This document shows positions 1 through 12,529 of a stretch of DNA of 46,609 nt, in pieces; position 1 is the stretch's first letter; every line of letters begins with the position of its first letter. The stretch comes from Octopus bimaculoides (lineage: Eukaryota). The translations under genes and the position numbers were made by a program. The notes under the pieces were generated by a model. The model saw only the letters and a list, made by a program, of their open reading frames with translations, did no database searches and was not told the origin of the DNA. The stretch lies in the NCBI RefSeq assembly GCF_001194135.2, contig NC_068983.1, positions 50,818,272 to 50,864,880 of the forward strand, given 5' to 3'.

Positions 1-1299
1 TATATATATATATATATATATATATTTGCGACAATATTTGTATATGTTGCACGTGTCGTATTCATCGATACTTTGTCGATGCTCGATATTAAAGTCATCG
101 CTTTTACCGTAAGTATATTTCTGAATATATCATTCAGCTGCAGATTATTTTCTCCACTTGTAAAGTACCATTTTGTATAAATATATGTATAATATACATT
201 TGAATATATAACAGGCTTAGCTTATTGTTTCGACAGTTTTAAAACTTATCTCATAATGTGTCAGGGCTGATTGTTCAGCAAGTCAATGTGGCAGACCTGT
301 CGTGTTGTTTAAGAAAGGATTTTTATGATAGAACAAAGAAATGTCATGAAATGACATCTACATACATCACACAATGAATGATTTTAAAGGCAACGCAATA
401 AACTGCTTTCATTATATTCATGTTAGAATTTTAATGCAGAAAACCAGGAAATGGTATGTCATTTATCAAGTTACTTAAGTCTTTTCGACAATTTTCTATC
501 ACTAAACTTTTTCGAACTTACATTAACGATAGTTAAAAAAAAAAAAGAAAAGAATTTTTCATGCTTGATTCCTAATATACATACATGAATAAATTTTTAT
601 TGCATTTTTCATGAAGCCCTCACACGACAATATTTCTGGCTGGATGTGAATATATTAAACGTCCACTGTACCGTTTATTTTTCCATTCTAAAAAAATATT
701 AACTTTTAATTATATAAATGAAAAGAGTGCATTATATTGCTAAGGCGAACTAAGAACAATAAGCTTCAATGTTTTTTAATTAGTATCTTACGGAGTATTG
801 CCTTAATGCTGTAGAATAACAATAAAGCGAACGTACATGAAAAGCAAACAATAAATGTGTCCCAAGACATAACAAATTAAATGGGAATATAGAAACGAAA
901 TATTTTTCGGTAAATCTTAGTGCCCCGTTTTAGTGTAAATTGCGTTTTGCATAAAGACCAAGTTCAATCCAAGAGTATCTGAAAATATTTGGAGACTGAG
1001 CATTATTAATTACACATAAACTGAAAAGTAACTTGATTCCACACTCATTCTTCGATGTGCAGAGAAAGAAAACAAATATTATTATGTCTTAAAATGGTAG
1101 TTCATACAACATCATATATTTTTGACTTATTCTTGAATAATGAAATCTAACACAGAAGAGAGTAATAGGAAGAAAGTGATGTCACATTTTTGTATTGTAG
1201 CTATTGAATTTCTCCCTAAGATTACCTAATTTAAGTAATTTGCTGTGAATATTATAGCAACACTACATACCCATTTTCTATTAAACAGAGATATTAACT

Positions 1300-1425
1300 A
1301 TGCTGGGATCAGCTTTGCCTTGCATTGTTTTCTGGAGTTGATAAGAACTAGCTGATCCCTAGATTCGATGTAAGCAACTTAACCTCTTCGCCGAAATTGT
1401 TGGCCTTGTGAAAATATAAATGCCA
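1300..1425 (+). mobile_element. SINE family D (Deu/Nin-domain-like), decayed 3' half
   Basis: gatcagctttgccttgcattg...gttgataagaacta...gattcgatgtaagcaacttaacc...aaattgttggccttgtg aligns by eye to the reverse complement of the better copy at 25361-25558. Confidence 0.6.
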
Positions 1426-1754
1426 GTAAATATATGAATAAATAACGGAAAGACACAATAACAAGTTTAAATCTAAAACATGCTTAATAGATAGTTGTGA
1501 GAATGAGCCATCTAAGGGTAAATTCTACTGTAATTCTTGCTCTCGGGCATTATTTAATTCGGAATTCTCATATATTTTCTTACAATATAAAGAATGTGGG
1601 GAAAATGTAACGCTGCTTCAGTAGTGTTATCAGTAATGAATGCTAGTTCTTGAAAATCGCAATACATAATTAGTATTATCAGCCACTGTTTCAATTTTTC
1701 TAGGACTTACAGCGGTGAGGTTTGAAATATATTTAACGAAGCACTAATACTACT

Positions 1755-1825
1755 AATACAGCGTCGGACAAAATGTTTAGCGCTATTTGGTCTGAATGTT
1801 GATGTTCTGAGTTCAAATTCCGTTG
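1755..1825 (+). mobile_element. SINE family D, 5' fragment
   Basis: cggacaaaatgtttagcgctatttggtctg...gttctgagttcaaattccg matches the family D head, including a B-box-like GAGTTCAAATTCC. It is truncated where the Dong-like tail begins. Confidence 0.6.
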
Positions 1826-2262
1826 CAATTATATTATTACTACTACTTCGCTGAGAAATGTAACAAGAATCAGCTGCTCGCAACCATTAGCTTAATATAA
1901 CATATTTCAATCATATACCCAATATTTCACAGAGGCTCGGGCAGCTCCAGCCTCTATTGATTTCTGTAGAAGCTGTATCTTGGTATTTAATCCTATCTTT
2001 TCAATCAAGCGTGTGAGAATTGCACCTCGGAAACCAAAAGTTCGGACGACAAAAGGTGTACCACTTACCTTCTTGAATGGCCGCAGTCTTTTCATTTCTC
2101 ACATGGCATTGTCATGTCTAACCAGCTTCTTTTCTCTTTCTGATACTCAGCCATCATCAAATCTTGCAATATCTATGACTAAACATTTTTTTGTTTCCCT
2201 TTCTATTCACAAATGCTATATAAGGCATTCGATGTTATCCTAATTTAGCACATGGACAAAAG
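1826..2262 (-). mobile_element. R4/Dong-like non-LTR retrotransposon 3' end (restriction-like endonuclease domain), pseudogenised
   Basis: The minus strand reads HRMPYIAFVNRK / KKCLVIDIARFDDG*VSEREKKLVRHDNAM*EMKRLRPFKKVSGTPFVVRTFG...IEKIGLNTKIQLLQKS across a frameshift and stops. This matches the RPDIV...DIA.P.D...K RLE motif of the R4/Dong/NeSL clades. It ends in a degenerate (TAG/TAA)n tail at ~1826-1847. Confidence 0.8.
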
Positions 2263-3148
2263 ACGCAAGGGACAATAAAAAATTTGAAATGAAATTATTA
2301 TTATGAAAGTAGATATTGTATAGCAATTATCCAGGTTATCTATATTTTGTGATAAATCACCATCTTTACCTTCCTGATAAGCGTCTAGTGATGTCTAAAA
2401 TTAGTTCTTAATTTTGAACTAGGGAAAGGGAACAGTCAGTATACTGCACTATATGTGGAGGTTATATTATATTGACCAAAGTAAGCAACAGTAAGCATTC
2501 ATGAATTTGGCAAAAAAATCTAACACTCAGTATTTATTTATATTTTTTGCTTCTTCTAATGTAATCTACAGCTGCAAATCACCTTTGTTTTCGGAAACTT
2601 AATCCCATCGGAATCGAATGTATTTTCAATCGTTTCTGAAATGATAGAGTAATTAATTTTGTTGCTCTTTCATCCAGTCAGTACATATAAACTATTCCTT
2701 ATATGAACATTTGCTAGGAACAAAAAAAAAATAGTTCTTAAATTGCACATAGAAATATGAAGAATATTCATACATACGTAGAAGTTGTGATCTACTAGCG
2801 GTAATAATATTTAGCACACACACACTACACGCATACATACACAACCATACACACATGTATGTGTATGTTTTTTTTTGTATGCGTGTCTATGCACATGTGC
2901 GTACTTGTGTGTGAATATGCCACGCCGCGCTACGCTTTGGTTAAATGTATTCTTCTATAGACCAAAAGACCAGAGAAATCAATGCTTTGTGAATGAATCT
3001 CGTTGATGCAAACTCTGTGGAAACTCGTCATACATACATAAATACGTGTGTGCGCGTGTGTGACTGAGTGCGTGTGCGTTTGCGCGCGTGCGCGTGTGTA
3101 TATGTTCCTCTGTTTTTTTCAACCACAATTTCAAACCAGTATTGATTC

Positions 3149-3414
3149 CTGGAGGCATGTGGCTTAGTGGTTAGGGTGTCAGCATCATGATCGTAAGATT
3201 GTGGTTTCGATCCCTGGACCGGGCGACGCGTTGTGTTCTTGGGCAAAACACTTCATTTCACGTTGCTCCAGTCCACTCAGTTGGCAAAAAGGAGTAACGC
3301 TGCGATGGACTGGTGTCCCGTCCAACTGGGGAACACATACACCATTGAAACCGGGAAACCGCACCCATGAGCCTGGCTAGGCTTTCAAAGGGTGCATTTA
3401 TTATTTTTATTGTT
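3149..3414 (+). mobile_element. tRNA-derived SINE family A (V/Meta-domain-like core), full length
   Basis: A-box TGGCTTAGTGG, B-box-like GGTTTCGATCC, core GCTGCGATGGACTGGTGTCCCGTCCA...GAAACCGGGAAACCG and a (TTA)n-type tail. A 9-bp TSD TATTGATTC lies at 3140-3148 and 3415-3423. A second copy is at ~8396. Confidence 0.9.
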
Positions 3415-3449
3415 TATTGATTCGTTTATGTTCTTCTTAGACATAAATA

Positions 3450-3505
3450 TAGGTAATCGGGTTGATTTATTCGACCAAACCCTTCGAAGCAACACCCCGG
3501 AGTGT
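3450..3505 (+). mobile_element. SINE family C, decayed 3' fragment
   Basis: cgggttgatttattcgaccaaacccttcgaagc resembles the family C 3' module ggggtcgatctgttcgact. Confidence 0.45.
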
Positions 3506-4287
3506 CTTTATTTCTTTGCTTTACAATACGTCAACCATTGTCTCAGTCTCGTTTATCCCGTGTTTAAAAAAAAATCTCTGCTACAACTTGTCTGTTCTCT
3601 TTGTCGCACATACAGCCCGTTTCTATTACTACTACTGTCTTTCAGATCTCTCTTTCGCTGTCTGTCTGTCTCTGTCTGTCTCTCTCATTCTCTCCTACAA
3701 TCCTTTGTCTCTCACCATCTTTAAATAACTCTCTTCATTCTCTAATGCATTCACTGATGTGACAGTCGCTATCTGCTGTGTCTCCGTCGTTATTCTGTCC
3801 ATACACAGAAAACACCACCACATTCCATCCACATCATTGTTTTGTTACTCTCAGTTTTTCCTTCTTCTGATGTCTAAATTTCTCAAAGAGGTTTTCTCTT
3901 TGATCTCAGCTTTCTATTTTGCCTAATGCCGAAAGTCCATTTACAAATGCTGTTCACGCGTAACTTTACAAAACCAGTCTTAAATCCATTGTTTTTATCG
4001 AGAAAACGATAAATATTTATATTTTCATGTTTATTTCAAGGTATATTTCAAGATTCCTTCCTGTTCGTTAAGTATTGTAGATGTCAGTACACCAATAGAA
4101 TATACACGTTTGTATAAATTGACCGCTTTAATTCTATTGAAACTTTGACTGAAACATAATGCAAGCAATGTTGAAGTTGCATAATAGTTGATGGAATGGT
4201 GTATTTTCAGGTCTGTTGTATTTACGTTTCCCAAAATACTAAAATACTTTGGCAATATTTCTATGCACATTTGTCTCCCTCTGTCTG

Positions 4288-4307
4288 TCTGTTTCTCTCT
4301 CTCTCCG

Positions 4308-4359
<52 letters not shown>

Positions 4360-4369
4360 NNNNNNNNNN

Positions 4370-4406
<37 letters not shown>

Positions 4407-4417
4407 CTATTTATCTA

Positions 4418-4449
<32 letters not shown>

Positions 4450-4629
4450 CCTATCCCTCTGTCTATATGTGCGTGTGTGTGTATGAGTGTGGACGTGTGT
4501 GTGCATATTCATATAAATGTTTATACGCGTACTTGTACATATATGTATTTGTTTTATGTTATATATATATATGCGTATAAAAAATATCATATATGTATAT
4601 AATATAATATAATATAATATGATATTATA
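4288..4629. repeat. Compound microsatellite (CT)n/(CTAT)n/(CTGT)n/(TG)n/(TA)n/(ATATA)n abutting N-gaps
   Basis: Directly visible. It generates the spurious SLSL/IYLS ORFs. Confidence 0.95.
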
Positions 4630-5244
4630 NNNNNNNNNNNNNNNNNNNNNNNNNNNNNNNNNNNNNNNNNNNNNNNNNNNNNNNNNNNNNNNNNNNNNNN
4701 NNNNNNNNNNNNNNNNNNNNNNNNNNNNNNNNNNNNNNNNNNNNNNNNNNNNNNNNNNNNNNNNNNNNNNNNNNNNNNNNNNNNNNNNNNNNNNNNNNNN
4801 NNNNNNNNNNNNNNNNNNNNNNNNNNNNNNNNNNNNNNNNNNNNNNNNNNNNNNNNNNNNNNNNNNNNNNNNNNNNNNNNNNNNNNNNNNNNNNNNNNNN
4901 NNNNNNNNNNNNNNNNNNNNNNNNNNNNNNNNNNNNNNNNNNNNNNNNNNNNNNNNNNNNNNNNNNNNNNNNNNNNNNNNNNNNNNNNNNNNNNNNNNNN
5001 NNNNNNNNNNNNNNNNNNNNNNNNNNNNNNNNNNNNNNNNNNNNNNNNNNNNNNNNNNNNNNNNNNNNNNNNNNNNNNNNNNNNNNNNNNNNNNNNNNNN
5101 NNNNNNNNNNNNNNNNNNNNNNNNNNNNNNNNNNNNNNNNNNNNNNNNNNNNNNNNNNNNNNNNNNNNNNNNNNNNNNNNNNNNNNNNNNNNNNNNNNNN
5201 NNNNNNNNNNNNNNNNNNNNNNNNNNNNNNNNNNNNNNNNNNNN

Positions 5245-5301
5245 GATTCCCAGACCGGACGTTGTGTAAGTTTATTGAGTGAAAACAGCTAGAGCTCCAC
5301 G
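5245..5301 (+). mobile_element. SINE family B fragment
   Basis: gattcccagaccggacgttgtgtaagtttattgagtgaaaacagctagagctccacga aligns to family B positions ~18969-19026. Its 5' end is lost in a gap and its 3' end is truncated against the Chapaev fragment. Confidence 0.8.
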
Positions 5302-6210
5302 ATTTTGAACTTTTAGCTGTTAGGATATACCACTGTTGAAGACGAAAGCCTAGCAGCTCAGTTTTATTCTCAGGCAGTTGTTGATCGCTGACAAGGTCAT
5401 GAAGATACTTTCGTGTTATGAGATGTCGTCTAGAGTAGTGAGTTTCATCAAAATTTGGGTCACTCTGTAATCCAGCACTGCCATCTGTCTCTGCTTCCTC
5501 GTCACCACTTTCTTCAACTTACTCAAAAGATACCGAAGTTGGCCTAACAGGAACAGGTAGAACTTATCCATATGGAACTTGATAAACAGCTGATGGAATG
5601 TTTGGATATTTAATGGACTCCTTTTTCTCTTCGGATAAGCCCTCTTTTTACTGGAGGTATCAGGCAGGTATAACAATTGTTGGTATGATCTGTTGGCTCA
5701 GGCCACCTCATTGACAGAGCAAAAGGCATTCATTTCCTCTTCCTGTTCAACCATTGGCGGAGGTTAATAGCAAAAGTGCTGCGGCATATGTGAAGAGTCC
5801 ACTTCTTATTCTGGTCGCCAAATATGCCTTAAAACCATAGCAGTTATACGGCGTTTTTCTGAAGCAAAGGTCACCCCACCATAAATGTAGCAGAAGCTGT
5901 CTGCTTTATTCACACAAGTGCTAGATATCTGAAAGAAGAAAACGTTAAACAATTAGAAGATAGGCAGAACATTCAATCACAAATTCATTATTATAATACA
6001 GAACATGACAGCTTTGGAGAAGTGCTTATATAATTCGATAGGAAAATAAAATTAATATAAAATGCGTCACATGCATATCAATAGCTTTCTCAATGAATAT
6101 TTATTATAAGTTTTGAAAGTGATTGACTAGGAAAATCCCCTACCTTTCATCAGGCAGCACAGCCGCCACCTATGACTACTGGAAAAATACTGAAGGGCAG
6201 GGACACTGTG
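5302..6210 (-). mobile_element. Chapaev3-like (CMC superfamily) DNA transposon, 5' part with N-terminal transposase pseudogene (~5302-5928)
   Basis: Minus strand from 5928, with frameshifts: ISSTCVNKADSFCYIYGGVTFASEKRRITAMV / KAY / GDQNKKWTLHICRSTFAINLRQWLNRKRK*MPFALSMRWPEPTDHTNNCYTCL / SIKYPNIPSAVYQVPYG*VLPVP / HLITRKYLHDLVSDQQLPENKTELLGFRLQQW. This matches the Chapaev3 motifs FCYICG, GDQDKxWAPHICC, MPFxxPMxWREPxxHxxDCYFC and ELLGSRL. The 5' terminus CACAGTG at 6210 is tentative. Confidence 0.8.
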
Positions 6211-6797
6211 AGTGTGTTACGAAACACATTGCCGCAAGGCTGTTGGGACCTGTTGTGACTCATATGTGTATCTTGAAAAATAGAGCTACCAAACAGTTTT
6301 AACCATACTATTCATTATCAGCGACATAAAATTAGTTGGAAATTGCTTCTAAGGTCTCAGCAGCATTTTGCTTGTTGATATGCAACGAATGAACGACATA
6401 AGATGCTTTTCTTCATACCTCTGCTCGGTTAAAATGAACTCTAAATTAAAAAGAAGACAAATAGGAAACGCACACGCCTATAATGCATCGCGTTCGTTCC
6501 TTTACATTTTTTTCTCACCGAAAGTATCACAGAAACTTTTTATAATATGACCGACGCCTTGGTACATACATAACGCGCAAAGCAATTCAAAGCGTTTCAG
6601 AGAGTACTTGATGCATTTACACTTAAGTTACATATCGACTCCTGCAGCCATATTTGCTTTGAATGATAAGAAATTATATTTCCTATGGTATCGTTCTTAG
6701 TCTTAGTCAGTGTGAAAACCAACGGATCTTAGTACAAATTTAATTGTATTTTCTGTTTAGCTGCTCCGGAGATCACTACATGTTGGTAAATAATTTG

Positions 6798-6861
6798 AAC
6801 TCTGGCGCTTTCACTCACTCACTCACTCACTCGCTCACGTATGCTAAATCTGCCTGTTTGA

Positions 6862-6954
<93 letters not shown>

Positions 6955-6960
6955 CTCTAT
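6798..6960. repeat. (ACTC)n and (ATCT)n microsatellites
   Basis: Directly visible. Confidence 0.95.
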
Positions 6961-7448
6961 CCCAATGTGTCTGTTTCTCTAGCGTACGTGTGTGCGTATC
7001 GTTGACAGGACTTCGATATTAAATTAGTAGCTTAGTTCTCTGAAGCTATTTGATTTGACGACTATATAAACAGAGAAGGCTACTTGGTTCTCTGGAATTG
7101 GTCAAGCGATGTTGACAAGATTCAGACTGATGATCATCTTTTGTATGCATCATTTTGTGTGTCTTACATTGGGTTATGTATTACATACACATGTGTGCGT
7201 GTCCGTGTGCGTGTGTCCGTATGAATGAATAATATATATATANNNNNNNNNNNNNNNNNNNNNNNNNNNNNNNNNNNNNNNNNNNNNNNNNNNNNNNNNN
7301 NNNNNNNNNNNNNNNNNNNNNNNNNNNNNNNNNNNNNNNNNNNNNNNNNNNNNNNNNNNNNNTGTATATATGTATGTATGTATGTATACGGACACAGCCA
7401 TATATACATATACACACATACACATGCACACACACACACACATGCACA

Positions 7449-7500
<52 letters not shown>

Positions 7501-8114
7501 CATTGCATTCAGTCAGGCTAATTCTGTCTGTGTCAATCACTTTCTCTGACACTTTCTCTGACACCTTCTCTACATCAAAACCTCCAATCTACTGTCATGT
7601 TTTTATCAGACATTTCTCCTTTTTTTTTATTATACTCTTCTTTTGTTCACACACATTCACACGCACGCAGATGCTCACAAATTCAACTGTCTAATATTAT
7701 CTGTTTATCTCCCTCGCATACTTTTATCAATTATATCACCAACTTTTTCATTTGTGTCTACATTATTCCAATTTACCAGAAGGTACTTGCGCATATATGC
7801 TTAGTTCTGTATTTTCTATATTCGCAAATGTGCTTACCCAAGTACGAGCAATTAAAAAATCATTTCCTAAATTTCCAAAAGAGCATTAAAAACGTAAGAT
7901 CCTTTGTGTTAGAATAAAAAAAATAGACAGAAGAGTAAATTTATGGGGCGGCCAAGCAGACCAAGCTATTAGTGATATCTCATATGAACACATTTGTCCC
8001 CAAACAATGTATACTCTTGCCCTATCTGGAAACAGCGATACACAGTTGGCGGTTTAAAAGTACTAAATTGAGTCATTCGGAATAATCACTAAAGTGCTCT
8101 TTGAAATCAAACAT

Positions 8115-8158
<44 letters not shown>

Positions 8159-8252
8159 NNNNNNNNNNNNNNNNNNNNNNNNNNNNNNNNNNNNNNNNNN
8201 NNNNNNNNNNNNNNNNNNNNNNNNNNNNNNNNNNNNNNNNNNNNNNNNNNNN

Positions 8253-8285
<33 letters not shown>

Positions 8286-8395
8286 GTATGTCCGTGTGTG
8301 TCTGTGCACGTGCGCGCATATGCCTATTTAGAAAATAATTAAAGTGTCCGATAGATTACCTTGCAGTATTTAGCCTGGCTCATTGAACTTCGAGT

Positions 8396-8655
8396 GAGCA
8401 TGTGGTTATGGTGGTTATGGTGTCAGCATCATGATCGTAAGATTGTGGTTTCGATTCCTGGACCGGGTGATGTGTTGTGTTCTTGAGCAAAAGACTTTAT
8501 TTCACGTTGCCCCAGTTCATTCAGCTGGCAAAAATAAGTAACGCTGCGATGGACTGGCGTCACGTCCAGCTGGGGAACACATACGCCATTGAAACAGGGA
8601 AACCGGGCCCATGAACCTGGCTAGGCTTTAAAAGGGCGCATTTATTATTTTATTA
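8396..8655 (+). mobile_element. SINE family A, second copy
   Basis: Colinear with 3149-3414 over its whole length. It has a small gtggttatg duplication in the A-box region. Confidence 0.9.
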
Positions 8656-9037
8656 TATATATAGTGTATATATATATATATATATATATNNNNNNNNNNN
8701 NNNNNNNNNNNNNNNNNNNNNNNNNNNNNNNNNNNNNNNNNNNNNNNNNNNNNNNNNNNNNNNNNNNNNNNNNNNNNNNNNNNNNNNNNNNNNNNNNNNN
8801 NNNNNNNNNNNNNNNNNNNNNNNNNNNNNNNNNNNNNNNNNNNNNNNNNNNNNNNNNNNNNNNNNNNNNNNNNNNNNNNNNNNNNNNNNNNNNNNNNNNN
8901 NNNNNNNNNNNNNNNNNNNNNNNNNNNNNNNNNNNNNNNNNNNNNNNNNNNNNNNNNNNNNNNNNNNNNNNNNNNNNNNNNNNNNNNNNNNNNNNNNNNN
9001 NNNNNNNNNNNNNNNNNNNNNNNNNNNNNNNNNNNNN

Positions 9038-9083
<46 letters not shown>

Positions 9084-9277
9084 CATACACACATATATAT
9101 AGATAGATAGAGACATACATACATACATACATACGTACATACATACATATGTATGTATATGGTTTCAGAATCTCACAAAACTACCTTGAAATTTTCGGTA
9201 ACATATAGTACCCTGCTTCACATGCACATGCATAGATATACATACACATCCATGCGCGCGCGCGTATACACACACAG

Positions 9278-9281
9278 ATAG

Positions 9282-9317
<36 letters not shown>

Positions 9318-9336
9318 AGAGAGAGAGATGATAGAG

Positions 9337-9392
<56 letters not shown>
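9278..9392. repeat. (AGAT)n/(AG)n microsatellite
   Basis: Directly visible. Confidence 0.95.
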
Positions 9393-9393
<1 letters not shown>

Positions 9394-10399
9394 TGGGAAT
9401 TGTGGGCTTTTATTTTACAAACAGGAAAATGCAATGTACTAAATTGATATTTTGGATGGTGTAAATTTCATTAGAATGGCTACTTGAATCTTATAAATGT
9501 GTTTCTCCTATAAATAAATCAACCGAATTAGAGCTCCGAGGCAACAACATAAACTATAAACGAAATCTTAGATATCCAAATAGATATTCAATTGTAATTT
9601 GTTGATTGAATTGCAGGAGAAAGAAGACAAAAATTGCAATTATTTGCTCACACTAACAGTGTTATGTTCCTCTCCAAGTGTTCAAAATTACGTGATATTT
9701 TCACAACATCAATGCCGCTTTTGAAAATATAACATGCAAAATTCACTTACAGTGAACGTACATTTCTAGGTACATAAATAACTATATTAATTTTATCGAT
9801 AGATTTGTATTCGCTTAGATCTGATTTCTCATGTATATCACACAACCCGGAATTTTCTGAACGTACACTCATTGAAATGTCACTAAGATTAATACTATGG
9901 AAATACAAATTCTTTCGAAAATGTAGGAAATCTCTAATAGAACAGTTTACCTAATTTTATATCAGGATATTATGGTAATGTAAGTGACAAGAAGGAATGA
10001 AAATCGAATTCATAATGATTATTATTGCTATTATTAACGTCATTTTCTTTCTAAATGTATCTTGATAAAGCAGTGCTATGGCCTCCAAGATTAGAAGTAT
10101 ATTTTTGGTGAAAAATAAATTTTAACGGAATTTCATAATGTTTAGCCGTTTTACATTTCTCTTCAGGAATTAGAAATATATGCATATTCTTGAGACACTA
10201 GGCATTTGGCGTTGTCGCATTAGCATACAAAATGATTCTTGTGAAGATACAAATGCACACACATACATTTACAAATACAAGCAGCCGGTCACACTCACGC
10301 GTGCATATACACATGCACTCACGCATATTCTTTGAGTAAGAAAAAGACAAGCTTCGAATTTCCTTTCGCATAAACGTACATGATCTCTGAGTGGTAGAA

Positions 10400-10531
10400 A
10401 CCCAAGTATCTTGTGTGTGAACGTGGATAAATATACAGACATACCCAAGCGTCCACACACACACACACACACACATACATGTGTGTGTATATATGCATAT
10501 GTATATATATATATATGTACATATATATATA

Positions 10532-10583
<52 letters not shown>

Positions 10584-10848
10584 CCCACAATTCTCATATA
10601 TGCATATATACACGTAAACACATACATAGCATGTCTCTGCACGTTTTTTCACCACCGGTTCACAACCGGTGTTGGTGAGTTTACATTTCCCTTAACATTG
10701 CAGTTCAGCAAACTACACAGATAAGAGTAGTATCAGGCTTGAAAACAAACACGTACCGGGATTAGATTTGTTCGACTATAATTCTTGAAGGCGTTTCCCA
10801 GCATGGCCGCATCTTAATGACTGTAACCAGTAAGAGCTAAAAGATACA
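10400..10848 (+). mobile_element. SINE family C, older copy with expanded internal (CA)/(TA) microsatellite
   Basis: The 3' half (caccaccggttcacaaccggtgttggtg...gatttgttcgact...ccagcatggccgca...atgactg) matches 17150-17330. The 5' boundary is approximate. Confidence 0.7.
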
Positions 10849-10857
10849 AGCTACACA

Positions 10858-10893
<36 letters not shown>

Positions 10894-11651
10894 NNNNNNN
10901 NNNCACACACACACACACACACACACGCACACACACACACACACATGTATATGCATAAGTTTCGGTCTGTAGACGTAACAGAATGCATTAATGCACCTAT
11001 AAATTAACGACACTCACATCACTAACATCTGATAGGCATATATGCTGGAAGTGAATCAGATTAGCTGTTCCCCCGAGGAATTTAAACAACGAATATAAAC
11101 GTCAAAAGAATATGTCATAAATTACACATCTTCTCAGCCTTTACTTTCCTTATCATGATTGACACTTGCGACTCTACGTTCTCTCTCACTCAATTAATCT
11201 TATGTAACCGCCATTCAGTTTCTCTCTAATCCATTACCTCAGTAAAACTACGTGTCTGCTTGTCTAATTATCCTTGAGCTTCGCTTTATATTCGCCTTTC
11301 CCCTACTTTCCTATATCAACTAAATTGAATATAGATCAGCGATCAACGACCTTCGTGCACGCATATATATATATAGACAGTATTTGAATTACGTCAGAAA
11401 ACATGCTAGAGTTGAAAGCAAGAATAAAATGTTTTATTTGCTAAAGTACTCAGGAGCCAGAAAGAGAATATATACCAACACAATCGTTTGAGATTCTAGC
11501 TGAATTGCTTGCTGAAAATGTTTGTGTTCGTATATGAGAATAAGAGAGTGCATGCGTGCGTTCGTGCGCCGAGCTTTATGTGTGTGTGCATATGTGTGCC
11601 TCTGTGTGTGTATGTGTGAGTCTGTGGGTATGTATGTATATATATATATAT

Positions 11652-12490
11652 AGGGTGCGATGAGTAAATTATCGGCATTTTATATTTTTAATTTCGCGCA
11701 TGCGCGTTGTTTTTATTTTGTCGACTACACAGTATAGTAGGGTTAGTAGAGCAACATTTGTGAGAAAAAGCAGCACCATGACGCTATTGAACACGATATG
11801 CTGTACTAGTTGGCATTCAGGCCGAAAGTTCCAATACGAATATTGCAGAATATTTGAGTGTCAATCTGAGGACAGTGCAATCTGAGGACATGTACCGAGA
11901 GTGATAAAAATCAAACATCCAGTCATCATTATGGTGTTTGGAGTGATCACTTTTGATGGTGGTATTATGCCTACGTTCATCTTCCCACGTAAACTCAGAC
12001 TCAACATGAAGGCCTACATCAAGTGCCTGGAGGAGGTACTGCTGCCTTGAATCAAGAGAGTGGATGCTGGAAGATCCTATGTCTGCCTACAGGACTCTGC
12101 ACCATGCAACACAAGCAGGAGAACCCAGTCATGGCCGTCAGACAATTTCTGTGACAACATCACTACTAACATGTGGCTAACTAATTCCCCAAACTGTAAG
12201 CCCCTTAATTATTATGTGTGGTGCGCAGTTGAATAAGACACTAACAAACTCTTTGTAACACCAAAGATGAACTGAAGGTAAGGAATATGGCAGAATTCAC
12301 CAACTTAAACAAGGAGACCGTTTAGAAAAGTTACAAGAGATTCCGATGTTGTCCGCAAGCTGTGGGTGCAGCCAATGGCGATTTTTAAAAATAAATTTAC
12401 TCTCTAATATTTCAATATATTTTGATGTAACTTTGCTAAATATATCTGTTAAAATGAGATGTCAATGTTATTTTCCTTTTTGTGCAATTT
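11652..12490 (+). mobile_element. Internally deleted mariner-group transposon with DD37D (maT/mori-type) spacing, pseudogenised
   Basis: N-terminal HTH RYAVLVGIQAESSNTNIAEYLSVNLRTVQ, then a deletion, then KIKHPVIIMVFGVITFDGGIMPTFIFP...YVCLQD-SAP-(37 residues)-N(from D)YYVWCAVE. MWLTNSPNCKPLNY is a decayed WPPNSPDCNPLDY. It starts after a TA run. No matching right TIR was seen. Confidence 0.85.
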
Positions 12491-12529
12491 AGACTACTGT
12501 TTATCATTATACATTGTTATTTATATATA

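Noticed and set aside
2060-2075. Perfect minus-strand donor AAG|GTAAGT
   Set aside because: It lies inside the continuous R4/Dong RLE reading frame (KKVS), so it is coincidental.
3151-3225. tRNA-like sequences with A and B boxes (also at 8396, 18910 and 25050)
   Set aside because: They are SINE heads followed by SINE bodies, tails and (in three copies) TSDs, with no complete cloverleaf.
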